Positions 13,583 through 25,969 of a stretch of 64,000 bases of DNA are shown here, one piece after another. How positions within the stretch are numbered: position 1 is the stretch's first letter; every line of letters begins with the position of its first letter. A program made the translations under genes and the position numbers. Origin of the DNA: Eledone cirrhosa (lineage: Eukaryota); contig OZ024741.1 of assembly GCA_964016885.1 (NCBI GenBank), forward strand, positions 154,380,001 through 154,444,000, given 5' to 3'. The notes under the pieces are model-generated. The model was given only the letters and a program-made list of their open reading frames with translations, did no database searches and was not told the origin of the DNA.

Positions 13583-15053
13583 GGTCAGTGTAACCACATG
13601 CTGACCTTGTAGCACATAGATGTTCAGTTTTTCTTTGTCTCAAACTGATGCCAGTTAGTCTAGAGAAACTGGCCTACTAGAGATTTTTTTGGAGATAACA
13701 CTTTGAGGGGACAAAAGCTGCTCCCAGTCAATCGACCCAGTTGCAGAGTTTCTTCCGACCAGCTAAGATGTAGTGGTTGGCTGTCTCACACACAGACCCC
13801 TTTGGGTTTCTCTCTTTCTCTCTCTCTCTCTCTCTTGGTCTCTCTGGCTGCCACGCCAACAAAATTCATCACATTAACAGAAGTTTGGTAAATACATTTC
13901 AAATATACTTTTATACACATCATATCTGATACACAACATCAAATAATTCAGCTGTGGTCATTTTTTTCTTCATGAATTGTAAAACTTCAACAGAAGTTAT
14001 ATTTAATAAATTAGTAGCATAGTGGCTTTGTGTTATTGTGGTTGCTATATTTCATTTTGTATGGAATCAGAGTAAATCAGTTACCCAAGGATTCATCATC
14101 ATCATAAGGAGCATTTACTCACACACCCGCATTCTGTGATCACACTGTATCAGGCACGCCAATTTACTTTCGCCTACATTTTACACAACAGTGACCAGAC
14201 AACTGAGCAATCCACAAATGAGTACATACAACAACCAAATCAACACCACAAAACACCACCATCTCAACTTAGCATCAATCTCACTACAATAGGAGCCGCT
14301 ATATACATATATATGCATGTCTCTATGTCTGTATTTAATTTTAATATTTGTCAACTAATGGCTTGAAAAAAAAGGTATTGGGTCTATGTTCAGATTGAAC
14401 CTCAAACCACATAATTGAGAAGAAAACTATTTACCCACATAACCATGCGTGCATTTTTGCTTGTGTGTATGTGTGTTGACTCTTTTCATACCAAACTGCA
14501 TGAAAGCATTCTGGATCTACAATACTAAGCTGTTTATTTTAAAGTGCTTATATTTATATAAAAAAAACTACCATCACAATTTTATGTAAGAACCTTAAGT
14601 TATGGTCCAAACACCAGCTTAATAAAAAAGTTAGTTATATTACTAAACTCTTCTAAATTCTTGATTAATTTCAGAATTATTTAAAAATTATAGGCATTAG
14701 AAATATGGTAATGAAAGATTAATGTGTTTATATTTATACCATCATAATTTTATGTAAGAACCTTTAAGTTAAGTTCTAAACACCAGCTTTATTGGAAAGT
14801 CAGTTATATTACTAAATCCTTCCAAATTCTTGATTATTTTCAAAATTGCTAGAAATATGGTAACGAAAATGTTAAAGGAAATTTTGAAATCGTTCTTTAC
14901 GTTTTGTACTATGTATATATACTTTTTTTAAAAATCTCCTTTATTATATTTATCATTATCTAAATATATAATTTCTAAAAAAAAGCTCCTGTGTTGGGTG
15001 GCTTTTTAAAAAAGGGAAGATAATTCCGTTAATTTACTTAACTCTCACACCAG

Positions 15054-15091
15054 ATGGCAGTGTATGTAACTATGATGGAGGACAAGAAAAG
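15054..15091 (+). CDS. FBXL17: F-box/LRR protein (FBXL17-like), probable coding exon 1 (MAVYVTMMEDKK-R)
   Basis: ATG at 15054, open to donor AG|GTAGGT after 15091; phase 2 joins the 22421 exon in frame (AG+G=Arg). Short, so less certain. Confidence 0.6.
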
Positions 15092-16089
15092 GTAGGTAGA
15101 GGTTGAAATGCCGGCTTGCAAATATATTGAGTGTTTTTAACAAATTACTTAACATTTTATTTACTATCTACTCCAGTTTCATATCTTATATACATACATG
15201 TGTGCATATGTATATGGTTTCACTGATGATATATCTCTTTTTAGATATGTTTTCATAATCGGCCAGATACATATATATATATATCTATATATATATATAC
15301 ACACATATATCTATATTTATACATATACGGAACTTAAATGCAGCAGAGAACTTAAATCAGTTGGGTTGACATTTCTCATTACAGCAATAATTCGATGTAT
15401 ATTTGAACATTTTCTGAAAATCTGAGTCACCAACAAGGGTATTTTATTTTAAAAAGAAATGTTAGCGTTTGTTTTTGTTAACCATTCTGTTTATATTGTC
15501 AACTGCTTTGAAGCATCTAATTACAATCCTTTATGTTCTGAATTCTAACCCATAACCTTTTATCTTTCTGGGGTTGATAAAATAAAGTATCAATCCAGTA
15601 CTGGGGTCGAAATAATTGACTTTTCCCTTCCCTCAAATTTGCTGGCTTTGTACCTAAATTAGAAACCATTTTGTTTGATCTCACTGGGTTCCATTCCTAG
15701 AGCCAGTTTCGCGTTGTATCCTTGAACAACACTTCATTTCACATTTTTCAAGTCCACTCAGCTAAAGCTGTAGGATAGTGTTACAGTGACCTTTTTCTCC
15801 AATGCCACATGCCGCCAATTATTGTATGTGTGTATAGTTATCCCTTTTCATCTGCGTACCATACTGGCAAATTTTAATTAGTTTCAGTTTTTAAACCTCG
15901 ATTATGCTGGAGCACTACACAAGGGATTTTTTAGTCAATCATATCGACTCCAGTATTTATTTTTTAAAGCCTGGTACTTATTCTATCGATCTCTATTTGA
16001 CACTAAATTATGGGGCATAAATACAGGTTTGGGCCTTCCCGTCACGCACGTACGTATGTATGTAATTTAACGCCCGAACTAGCAACTGT

Positions 16090-17615
16090 CAAGATACAAA
16101 TCTCAAGACTGGCACCTGAAAGGTAAATCAGTTAGAATTAGGGAGCTCTTTGGGAGGAGGGAAGTGGATGTATGCTATGTACAAGAAATGGAGGGATGTC
16201 TCTGTGAGACTACTCACAGGCAAATATAGATACAAACTTTACTGGGTAGGAAATTACAATGTGGCAGGTGGTGTAGGCATTATGCTTGCTGAGAAATAGA
16301 TAGATAAAGTTATAGAGGTAGTTAGAGTAAATGACAGAATTATCAAGCCCAGTATAGCTGTAGGAAATAGAATATTGACAGTTACATCTACCTATGCACC
16401 ACAGCCAGAGCTAAGTAACAAACAAAAGGGCAGGTTCTATGAGGAACGTCTACAGACAACTTTAGTTACTGATGAAAGAGACTTCATCATTCTGGCAGGC
16501 GACTTCATTGGACATGTTGGGCGGTACCAGAATGGATTTAGTGGAGTTCACAGGGGCTATGGTTATGGCTCAAGAAATGAAGAGGGAGTGAGGTTCTCGG
16601 AAATCTGTGACACAAATTAATTAACCATTTGCAATAGAAATTTCAGGAAACCAGCTAGCTATCTGATTACGTACCAATCAGGTGAACACACAAGCCAGAT
16701 TGATTTCTTACTTGTGAAACTACAAGATAAACAGACTCTAATAAATGCTGTGCAACTCAAGTTAGTCATTAGTGACATCAGAATAAGCACAAGATAGAAC
16801 AAAACACACGGGAAAATATGGAGACAGGGTTTGGAACCTAAAAGACCATTTGGTTAAATATAGGTTTATAAAGGCCTTACGGGATGCATTGATGAGCTAG
16901 ATACATATAACATAGAAGACAATTGGAAATTCTTGCATGACAACCTTTTGAAAACTACGGATAGCTGGAGTAAAGCAGCAGCCAAGCAGAGAGTGCTCTG
17001 GTGGTGGAACAGCACAATGAATAGAGCCATTAAAGCCAAGAGACAGGCATGGAAAAATAGGGTTAGCAGAGACTAGTACCAGATCGCTCAGAGAGAAGCT
17101 AAATGACAGGTATACATAGCTTGGGGAGAAAAAAGAAAGTTTGCCAATGTCTTGAGACGTGAGGATCAGATATGAGAAATGTTCTACATTGCAAGGCAGT
17201 GTGTCAGTGTGAATCATGTTGGGGAAAAGTGTGTTAGTAAAACATGGTTACTGACTGCAGAGGACATGCATAAGCTGGAGAGAAATGAAGCTTTGTGAGA
17301 AAAGCAAAGCTTGGAGAAACTGGGTTTAAGAGTTATCCGAAGTAGTGTGTATGAGAGAAGACTGTGTTGGTATGTACATGTGATGCACATGGATGATGAT
17401 TGCTGGGGGAAGAAGTGCCAGGAAATCCCAGTGGAAGGAAGCTGCAGTAGAAGTAAACTAAGGCAGGCCTGGGCAAAGGTGCTGAGAGCTAATCTCAAAT
17501 TACAGAGACTCACAGAGGAGATGACGAAGGAACATGACAATTGGAGAGATGCTGTGCTGAAAATGACATGTCCAACCCATGCAAGCATGGAAAACGGGTG
17601 TAAAAATGATGATGA
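16090..17615 (+). mobile_element. Internally deleted RTE LINE (APE, linker, 3' end) in FBXL17-like intron 1
   Basis: YAPQ..ILAGDF.GHVG..RNEEG motifs; RLCWYVHVM; (GAT)n tail. Confidence 0.85.
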
Positions 17616-17627
17616 TTTATATGTATA

Positions 17628-19790
17628 TCATCATCATTATCATTTTACGTCCACTTTTCCTTGCTTGCAAGGATGGGACAGCATCTCTCCACTTGTCGCG
17701 GCCCTTCGTCATCTCCTCCGTGAGCTTCAGCGACCTGAGGTCTGCACTCACCATCTCCACCCATGTGTTTCGTGGTCTTCCTCTACTACGTCTTCCTTCT
17801 ACTGGGATTTCTTGACACTTCTTTACCCAGCGGTCATCCTCCATGCGCATCACATGTCCATACCATCTCAGTCTTCTCTCCCGCACACCACAACTTATCC
17901 CTCTTATACACAGTTTCTCTCTCAACGCACATTGACATTGCACATCCAACAGAGCATGCTTGCTTCATTTCTCTCCAGCCGTCGCATATCCTCTGTAGTT
18001 GCTGCCCATGTCTCACTACCATGCAGCATTGCGCATCTCACACAGGTATCATATAACCAGCCTTTCGTACTCAGGGAGAAACCCTTCTTTGTCAACAGAG
18101 GAAGCAGCTCCCTAAACTTCTTCCAACCCGTCCTTATTCTAGATACCATGTCCTCGGAACACCCTCTCTCATGCAAATCTGATCACCTAGGTACCGGAAG
18201 CTATCAACCACTTCTATAGAACCCACCTGCATTTGAAAAATGTGTCTATCACTGCGATTACTACTGTCAAATTTCCCTGTACATCTACTGCATACGTAGT
18301 TTTCCCTACAAGTTAGTTTGCCTGCTATCCCACTACATCTCTTGTGCACCCGAGACCGGCATTGTGTACATTTTATAGAATTTATGCCAGTTCCTTTTCT
18401 ACATATCAAACATGGCTATTTCCCTGGTGGAATCAGAGTTTTGTCCTCTTTTCTACTTATCAACACTTTTGTCTTAGCTATGTTCACTCTCAGTCCTCTT
18501 GATTGCAACTGCTGTTTCCTAAGCTAGGATTTATTCTCTAACCCCTCTACTGATTCTGCTAAAAGAATCAGATCATCAGCATAGAGAAGTTCTCATGGGC
18601 AGCCAGTCTTAAACTCCTGTTATGGCTTGGAGGACTATAATGAACAAGAGCAGGCTGAGGACCGAACCCTGATGTACTCCTACTTTTATCTGGAATTTCT
18701 CACTTTACTGATAGCACCTTTGTACATAGCTTGCACTGTCCTCACAAGCCATTCCTCTACACCTAGTTTCTTTAGGGACCACCAGATCACAGATCGGGGT
18801 ACTGTATCAAAAGCCTTCTCTAGGTCAACAAAAGCTAAGTATAGTGGCTTATTCTTCTCTAAGAACCTCTATTGTAGTTGTCTCACTAAGAAGAGGGCAT
18901 CTGTTGTGCTTTTTCCAAGCACAAAACCAAACTGCATCTCATCTAATTTGACCCTTTCTCTAATCAGTTGCGTTAATATTCTCTCTGCCACTTTCATAAC
19001 CTGATCTATCAGCTTTATGCCCCTATAATTGCTCCTCTCCAGAGCATCCCCTTTACCTTTGTTGCAATTTATGAGAATACTGTTGCACCAGTCTTTGGGC
19101 ATGACACCGCCATATATAGCTTGATTGATGATGCATGCAACCAGTTTAGTGCCTACTTCTCCTGATGCCTTCAGCATCTCAGCAACTATCCCCGACGGTC
19201 CAGCAGCCTTACCATTTTTCATTTCCTTAATTGCCTCTTGGACCCTATATTTGTCAATCTCAATAGCTGGTCCCTCTGTCGTATCTACTGGGGGTAATTT
19301 CTCTCCCATTCGTTCTCCACATTCATCAGTCTCTCATAATGACATTTCCAGGCCTCCTTTTCCTGATCATTCGTGACACTAAGTACACCGGCATCATTCC
19401 AGACACACTTATCTCCAACAACATCCTGATTTGCACTGACACACTGCCTTGCAATGCGGAACACCACACGTCTCTGATCTTCCCATCGCAGAACATTGGC
19501 AAACCTCCTACTCTCAGCCTCCCTGCGTGCTAAGAACACCTGATGTCTTGCTTCTCTCTTAGCGGCTGTGTATCCTTCTCTACTCTCACCATTTTTCCAA
19601 GCATTCCATAGTCTTTTGTCTCTAATGGCCCTATCTACCGTGCTGTTCCACCACCAGGTCACTCTCTGTCTGGTTGGAGCTCTGCTCCAGCCACAAGTTT
19701 CTTAAGTAGCCTGCAGTAAGTTGTCACATAAGAAATTCTAGTTATTATCTATGTCATGCGACTCTAAATCGTCTTCTTTTTCGTCATACA
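17628..19790 (-). mobile_element. RTE LINE (RT + 3' end), tail-to-tail with the previous copy
   Basis: ORFs 19285-19662, 18869-19309, 18134-18409, 17617-17949 with RT motifs. Confidence 0.92.
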
Positions 19791-19807
19791 CATCTTGAAG
19801 GGCTTTC

Positions 19808-19839
<32 letters not shown>

Positions 19840-19858
19840 TTACATATATATATATATA

Positions 19859-20851
19859 CTAGCAGCAGTACCCAGCGTTGCCTGGGTACGTAAAATAATA
19901 TCTGCTTTGATGAAAAAGTGTTGATCTTAGCAACTGATTCTTGATGACTCATCTATGGCCACACACAGGCCATGCGGGGGAGGGTGGTCATACCTCTATC
20001 ACTGAGAAACGCCGGTGACTGACGAAGGGGCATGCTGGGGGAGGGAGATAATGACCTCTAATAATAAGTCAAATTTCCTCACTACTTGATTGGAAAGCGA
20101 TGAATTCTCAAACACACAACTAAAAGCTCAGGCGACGTCAGTGGCCATCGTTTTGCCTTTGACCATCTATAAGATGTGCAATGATAAGGTTCTATCGTAG
20201 TATAAAAGTTTAACCAAATAAATTGATTTATGTGTGAGGTGGAGCCGAAGTTTCGAATTTGCACAAAATCGGTTGAAAAATGTGGGAGCTAGAGCCGAAA
20301 AGGTGGTATTTTCGAATATTTAAGCGGCTGCCACGCCGTTCCTGAACAAAAAATCTAAAACGTAAAGTTACTTTAAGATGTGAAATAATCAGATCTAGCG
20401 TAGTGTAAAATTTGAACAAAGTAGGTTGATTAATGTGGGAGCTAGAGCGAAAAAGTGGAGATTTGAATCTAAAAGTGGTATTTTTGAATATTTAAGTGAC
20501 TGCCACGCCGTCCCTGAACAACAAATGCAAAATATAAAGCAATTACAGGATGTGCAATGATAAATTCTATTTTGCTTTAAAATTTGAACGAAATCAGTGG
20601 CAAAATGTGGGAGCTAGAGCCAAAAATCTTACTTTTCGATTACCTAAAAAAAGGTGCCCCCCCCCCCCCCCCATCGATTTTTATCTGTAGAATGACCCCG
20701 GAATGAAAAAACGATACGCTGATATATAGAAAACACTCCTCGATGACTAATCTTTGAGCCTGTAAAGTTTCATGAAAATCGGTCATAAGATGTAGGCCCC
20801 TATAGGTAATACACAGACAAACACACATACTTAATTTTATATATATACAGA
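19859..20851 (-). mobile_element. Non-autonomous Helitron with internal tandem duplication
   Basis: Minus strand 5'-TC..., 3' hairpin CCCAGGCAACGCTGGG then CTAG, in a TA tract; tgtgggagctagagc x3. Confidence 0.75.
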
Positions 20852-20862
20852 TATACACATAC

Positions 20863-20915
<53 letters not shown>

Positions 20916-21175
20916 CATACACACACACTTATAGGACAGGCTTCTGCATCTACCAAAATTCACCCTCAAGGCATTGGACAACCAGAGGATATAGAAGACA
21001 CTTACCCAAAAAACTACTCAATGTCACTGTACCCAAAACCACATGATTGCAGAGCCATGTGTATTGATTGAACCTAAATTAATTCATCAAGCAATGTCAG
21101 CCTAATTTAATCTTCCAATTATAAATTGCTCATTTGTATTTAACTCATTGACTCTTTAGCTATTTCAAAACTTTG

Positions 21176-21416
21176 TTAACCCTTTCATAACTATATTTCT
21201 AATGAAATGCACTTTGTTTCAATTAATTAATGAATTTTGAGGGATCTATTCAAATTATTCATTATTTCATTACTAAGATTGTAACTTAACACGTGGTTCT
21301 TATATATAATTATGTAATTGCTGGATATTAATTTAAATAGGATCCCTTTAAAATAGGTCATTTTGTTTCATAGATCCAGAACAGGTTTTTGGAAGGATGG
21401 TATCTAAAGGGTTAAA
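21176..21416. mobile_element. piggyBac-type MITE family A (related pieces ~14480-14875, 33560-33758, 35490-36310, 42832-42958, 46020-46127)
   Basis: TTAA-CCCTTT...AAAGGG-TTAA termini. Confidence 0.65.
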
Positions 21417-22104
21417 TAGGAATTCTTTAAAATAGGTGGTTTTATTTCATAGAACCAGAGGCAATTTGGGCTTGATTGGTATTAAAAAGGCTAAATAGGT
21501 ACCCTTTAAAATGGGTAGTTTAAGCTAGGTTGGTATCATAATAATTTTCAGACATGTTTATCAGTTACTGAAGAAGTACATTTTGTTTTATTATTATGGA
21601 TGTTAGTACCAGTAACACACTGGACTCAATTTAATCAGTTGACCCTTTCCTTGAAATTGCTAACCTTCTGCCTAAATTACAAATGAGTATTATAAATGTT
21701 AGTACCAGTCATATACAGGGTGATTTAACCAACTTTCTGCTCCTCTCAAAATCACAGGCAGTATCTCATTGGAAATATGGTAACAAAAAGGTTTAAAGTA
21801 GGTACATTTTGAGTTGTTATTTACTAACTACTGTGGTTATTATTTAGTTTTGATCAGTGATTTACTTAATTTTAAAAAAAATGTATTATAATAAATACAG
21901 AATGTATGAGCAGACATAGTTATCTTACTTGTCTAGTCACAGAATGTGACAACTTGTCCAACCCATGACTGTGGAAAGTGGATGTCAAATATTTCAAATT
22001 CTAATTAATATTTTTTTCCCTTTTTCCCCATCTTGTAACGTTTATATCTTTACTAATGGACATTATTGTGAAAATTTACAGTATTAGGATAAATACATTA
22101 ATAT

Positions 22105-22309
22105 TTAACCCTTTAGCATTTGTATTGCTCTATATTTACTAATGTATTTTCACAGTAAAGTCTTTACCTCACATAATATTGAATCATTGAGATTTTGATA
22201 TTATTCATTTTGAGAACAATACCTTAACATTGGTATGAGTGGATGGTTACGGCCAGTTTGAACAGAAAGAGTTGAGAGAATCTGGCTGGTTTAAATGCTA
22301 AAGGGTTAA
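22105..22309. mobile_element. piggyBac-type MITE family B (also ~42170-42370, ~60210-60447)
   Basis: TTAA target duplication with TIRs CCCTTTAGCATTT/AAATGCTAAAGGG. Confidence 0.8.
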
Positions 22310-22420
22310 TGTCATGCAACCATAGTTCTGTTTTGAAATTTTTAAGAATGTCTTCCAATATAGTTTCATATGGAATAGGATATTAAAAGTTAAAGACTTT
22401 CCATTTTCCATTTTTTGCAG

Positions 22421-23284
22421 GAAACTTCACACAAGATCCTTGAAAAGATGCGAAACATCACCCATTCCTGATAATAAACAACTTTGCAAAGTACGTCGGG
22501 AAAAAATTGAAAACGAAACGGAGAAGATGATCAATGTTGGTGTTGAAACTGGAGATTTATCTGTTCGGACTATTTCCGAATCTTGTTCAATGAACAAACT
22601 TGGAATAAACACAGTTCCAATTGCATTACAGAACTCTAAAGATGTGAATAATGTGAGCAATGAACACAACAGACATTTAATTTCTCCCACACATCCTCAA
22701 GAAACAGCTTCTCCTGATTGCAGTAGTAGTAGTAGTAGTAGCAGCAGTAGCAACAACTTAGTTTTGTCACATTGTTGTTGTTCTTCTAAATGTCAATGTT
22801 CAACAGATTTGACAAACCATAAAATCTATCCCAACTGTTCGACACTCTCTCAGGAAAAACCAGAACAAATTCTAGCATGTAAAACTTCATCAGTACTGGC
22901 TGAGAAAGCAAGAAATGACAGCCAATTACATTCAGAACATATAAATGGAGAAGCATCTACTGAAGATTCACTACATATTCTCAATCTGCCAAACAGCATT
23001 CTTTTAGAAATATTTAAATACTTGACAATTCCTGAGCGAATACATTCAGTGGAATTAGTCTGTAAAAAATGGTATGAACTTGCTAAAGATCCATCACTAT
23101 GGAGACACATCAATTTTCAGGACTTTGGATATAAGACTCTATCAGATGAAATCCTTGACAAAATCACATCATACAGCAATCATGTGGTTCATTTAGACAT
23201 CTCCAATACAATGGGATTTTCCCCAGATGGGATCTCAAGTGTACTGAAAAAATGTCGATGGTTATCATTTTTATCTCTTAGAGG
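22421..23284 (+). CDS. FBXL17: FBXL17-like exon 2: low-complexity N-terminus, F-box (ILNLPNSILLEIFKYL..ELVCKKWYELAKDPSLW) and first LRR
   Basis: Acceptor ttttttgcag|, ORF 22440-23288, donor G|GTAAGA; canonical F-box motif. Confidence 0.93.
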
Positions 23285-23589
23285 GTAAGAAACTGTTTTT
23301 TTTTCCCCTTATATTTTGCTTGTTTTCCAGCATAAAGAGGCATATGGATTTGTGGTTAGTGTGTTAGATACCTGATCATAATATTGTGGATTTGATTAAC
23401 TCTGCCACTGTCTATATGTAAATTTATCTCTTTTATAATTAAGAGGATTGACCCATAACATAACTCACCAGTTTCTAATTAATTATGGTATTCTGCCAAA
23501 TTGTAAGAGTGTTTGATACACTTTTTCTTCTTGTCATATGAGATATGCACAATGGTTAGACAGACAGATTGAGATGGGTGAGCCAAACT

Positions 23590-23990
23590 AAATCGTCATT
23601 TGTAGTTTTATGGATTACCTTCAGGCTGCTGGGAAAACATCTGAGGGGGCAATCCTGGACAGCATGCAGTACTGTCTGATCAGTGTCCCCAGTCACATGC
23701 TGGGCTGTCTTTCATTTTCCATCGATGGAGATAATGGACTGACCTGGCTGTGTTATGCAGATCCAATTAAAGGACACTCATTGCTTTCTAGGAAGGTCAA
23801 AGCCAGCTGGTTTAGATGTGGGATTCTGGACGAGGTCTTGGTTGGCAAATTTGGACTCATTCCATGATCTTTGTCACTCTTTGTTCAGATTAAAGTTATT
23901 GCCTTGAATGGTTTGAATGATTTCAAGTGCATGTTGGGAAGATTTTCCAGGTCTTCGTCAACAGGAAGTTTGGGCTTGGATCATCTTCTG
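23590..23990 (-). mobile_element. Ingi/Vingi-like LINE 3' remnant
   Basis: Minus strand reads PAGFDLPRKQ...YLHRWKMKDSPACD..QTVLHAVQDCP (CCHC knuckle). Confidence 0.55.
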
Positions 23991-24313
23991 GCACTACATG
24001 TGAGAAAGGGTAGGCAGCTCTGAGTAGGTTTAGATTTCAGTGTGCCAGATACACAAACATAAGGTTGTGAGTTCAATTCCCTGACTGGATGGAACATATC
24101 CTTAAGATGCTTCATTTCATGTTGCTCCAGTCCACTCTGCTGGAAACAACTACCAGCAGCTGTTCACTGCCAGTAGATACAACCACTGTTATGGTAGTGT
24201 TGTTATTGTGTTGTAAATATAATTGCTGCACTATTCCCTAGATGCTGTTCATTGCCTGATACAACCATTATCATTGTTGGTATTGTTGTTATAATTTCTG
24301 CCCTATTCCCTAG

Positions 24314-24425
24314 ATGCTGTTCATTGCCTGACACAACCATCCAACTGATAGCAGAGAATCAACGTGATCTTGAACAGTTATACCTGGATGATTGTTTCTG
24401 TGTAACCAATCTGACTCTGATAAAG
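24314..24425 (+). CDS. FBXL17: FBXL17-like exon 3 (LRR: GCCSLPDTTIQLIAENQRDLEQLYLDDCFCVTNLTLIK)
   Basis: ccctag| acceptor, phase 2 fits; AAG|GTCAGT donor; cysteine-containing LRR pattern. Confidence 0.88.
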
Positions 24426-25124
24426 GTCAGTCAGTACATTGACTTTCATTTCTATAGATTCTGCTCACAATTACTTGGGAGGTTCCCTCGATGTTGTTGA
24501 CAACTTCTGTTACCTAGGTGACCTAATCTTCAGTGGGTGGAGTGGGGTGGGGGCTGGGGGTTAGAGAGTGTTGTAGCTAAAGTTAGAACTGGATGGTAGA
24601 AGTTTAGGAAGCTAGTACTTTTGCTTACAAGTCAAGCATGCTCTGATGGAAGAGTAATGTGCATGAATGACAAAGTAGCACAGATAAGTTTTGTGATAGG
24701 TTCTTTAGGATTTAGGTAGCTTTGTAGATATCAATTCACTTTTTTTTGTCTGGTTTTAGTTTTGCAAAATAAACTTTAAAACAAAAACTGTTAACTTCAC
24801 TTTATATTTAGTAAATGGAACATATGAACAAGATGTCATTCCCCAACTCATCTAATCTTAGACTGTAACGACCTGTCCAACACATGCCAGCACGGAAAGC
24901 GAGCATAAAATGATGAAGACGTGTAGACTAATGGTTATGTTGTTTGACGCATGATCATAAGGTCATGGGTTCGTTTCCTGGGCTGGGTGGTATTTTATGT
25001 TCTTGTGCAAGACACTTCAGTTTATCATTATAGCTCACAAGAAACCTATGAGCTGTAACAGCATATATATAAATATATATATATACACGCACACACACAC
25101 ACACATACCTATCTATATGTATAT

Positions 25125-25935
25125 ATCATCATCACTGTTTTAATGTCCGTTTTTTTTCAGTTGCTTGCTTAGGTTGGAAGAGTCCTTTTCAGCACAGCAC
25201 CTCTCCACTCACTGCGTTCCTTCATCAGCTCATCTGCATGTCTCAACAATTTGAGAATAGCTCTCACTACCTCCGCCCTTGGTCTACCTCTACTGCGGCT
25301 TCCCTCTACTGGCATTTCCTGGAACTTCTTCACCAAGCAATCATCATCCATGCACATCACATGTCTGTACCAACACAGTCTTAACTCTTGCACACCATTT
25401 CTGATTCCTCTTAAACCTAGTTTCTCCCTCAGGTCATCCAAACTCTGCCTTTCTCTCACATTTACATTGCACATCTAATGAAGCATGGCTGCTTCATTTC
25501 TCTCCAGCCTATGCATGTCATCTGCAGTCACTGTCCATGTTTCACTATCATGCAACATCGTACTTCACACAGGCAACATACAATCGTCCTTTTGTTGTCA
25601 ACAGTGGGAGTAGCTCTCTAAACTTCTTCCATCCTATCCTTATTCTAGCTATTATGCTGTCAGAGCACCCTCCTCCGCTGCTAATTAAGTCACTTAGATA
25701 GCAGAAGCTATCAACCACTTCTATGGATCCTTCTTTTGATTGAAAAAGGTTTATATCTTTGACACACTTCCCCTCAATTGCCCCTGTGTATTTCTATATA
25801 TAAAGTCTTCCCTTCCTGTTAGTTTACCTGTTATCCCACTACATCTCTTGTGTACCCAAGATTTACATTGTGCACATTGTATAGAGTTTATGCCTACTTT
25901 TTTCTACATATTGAGCAAGGCCACTTCCCTGAGAG
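25125..25935 (-). mobile_element. RTE LINE 3' fragment
   Basis: ORF 25169-25474; (ATC)n tail. Confidence 0.85.
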
Positions 25936-25969
25936 AATCATGTGCTATCTTCCATCGTACTCGCTAGCA

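Noticed and set aside
17311-18219. 302-aa ORF
   Set aside because: Read-through of a sense RTE 3' end into an antisense RTE; not a gene
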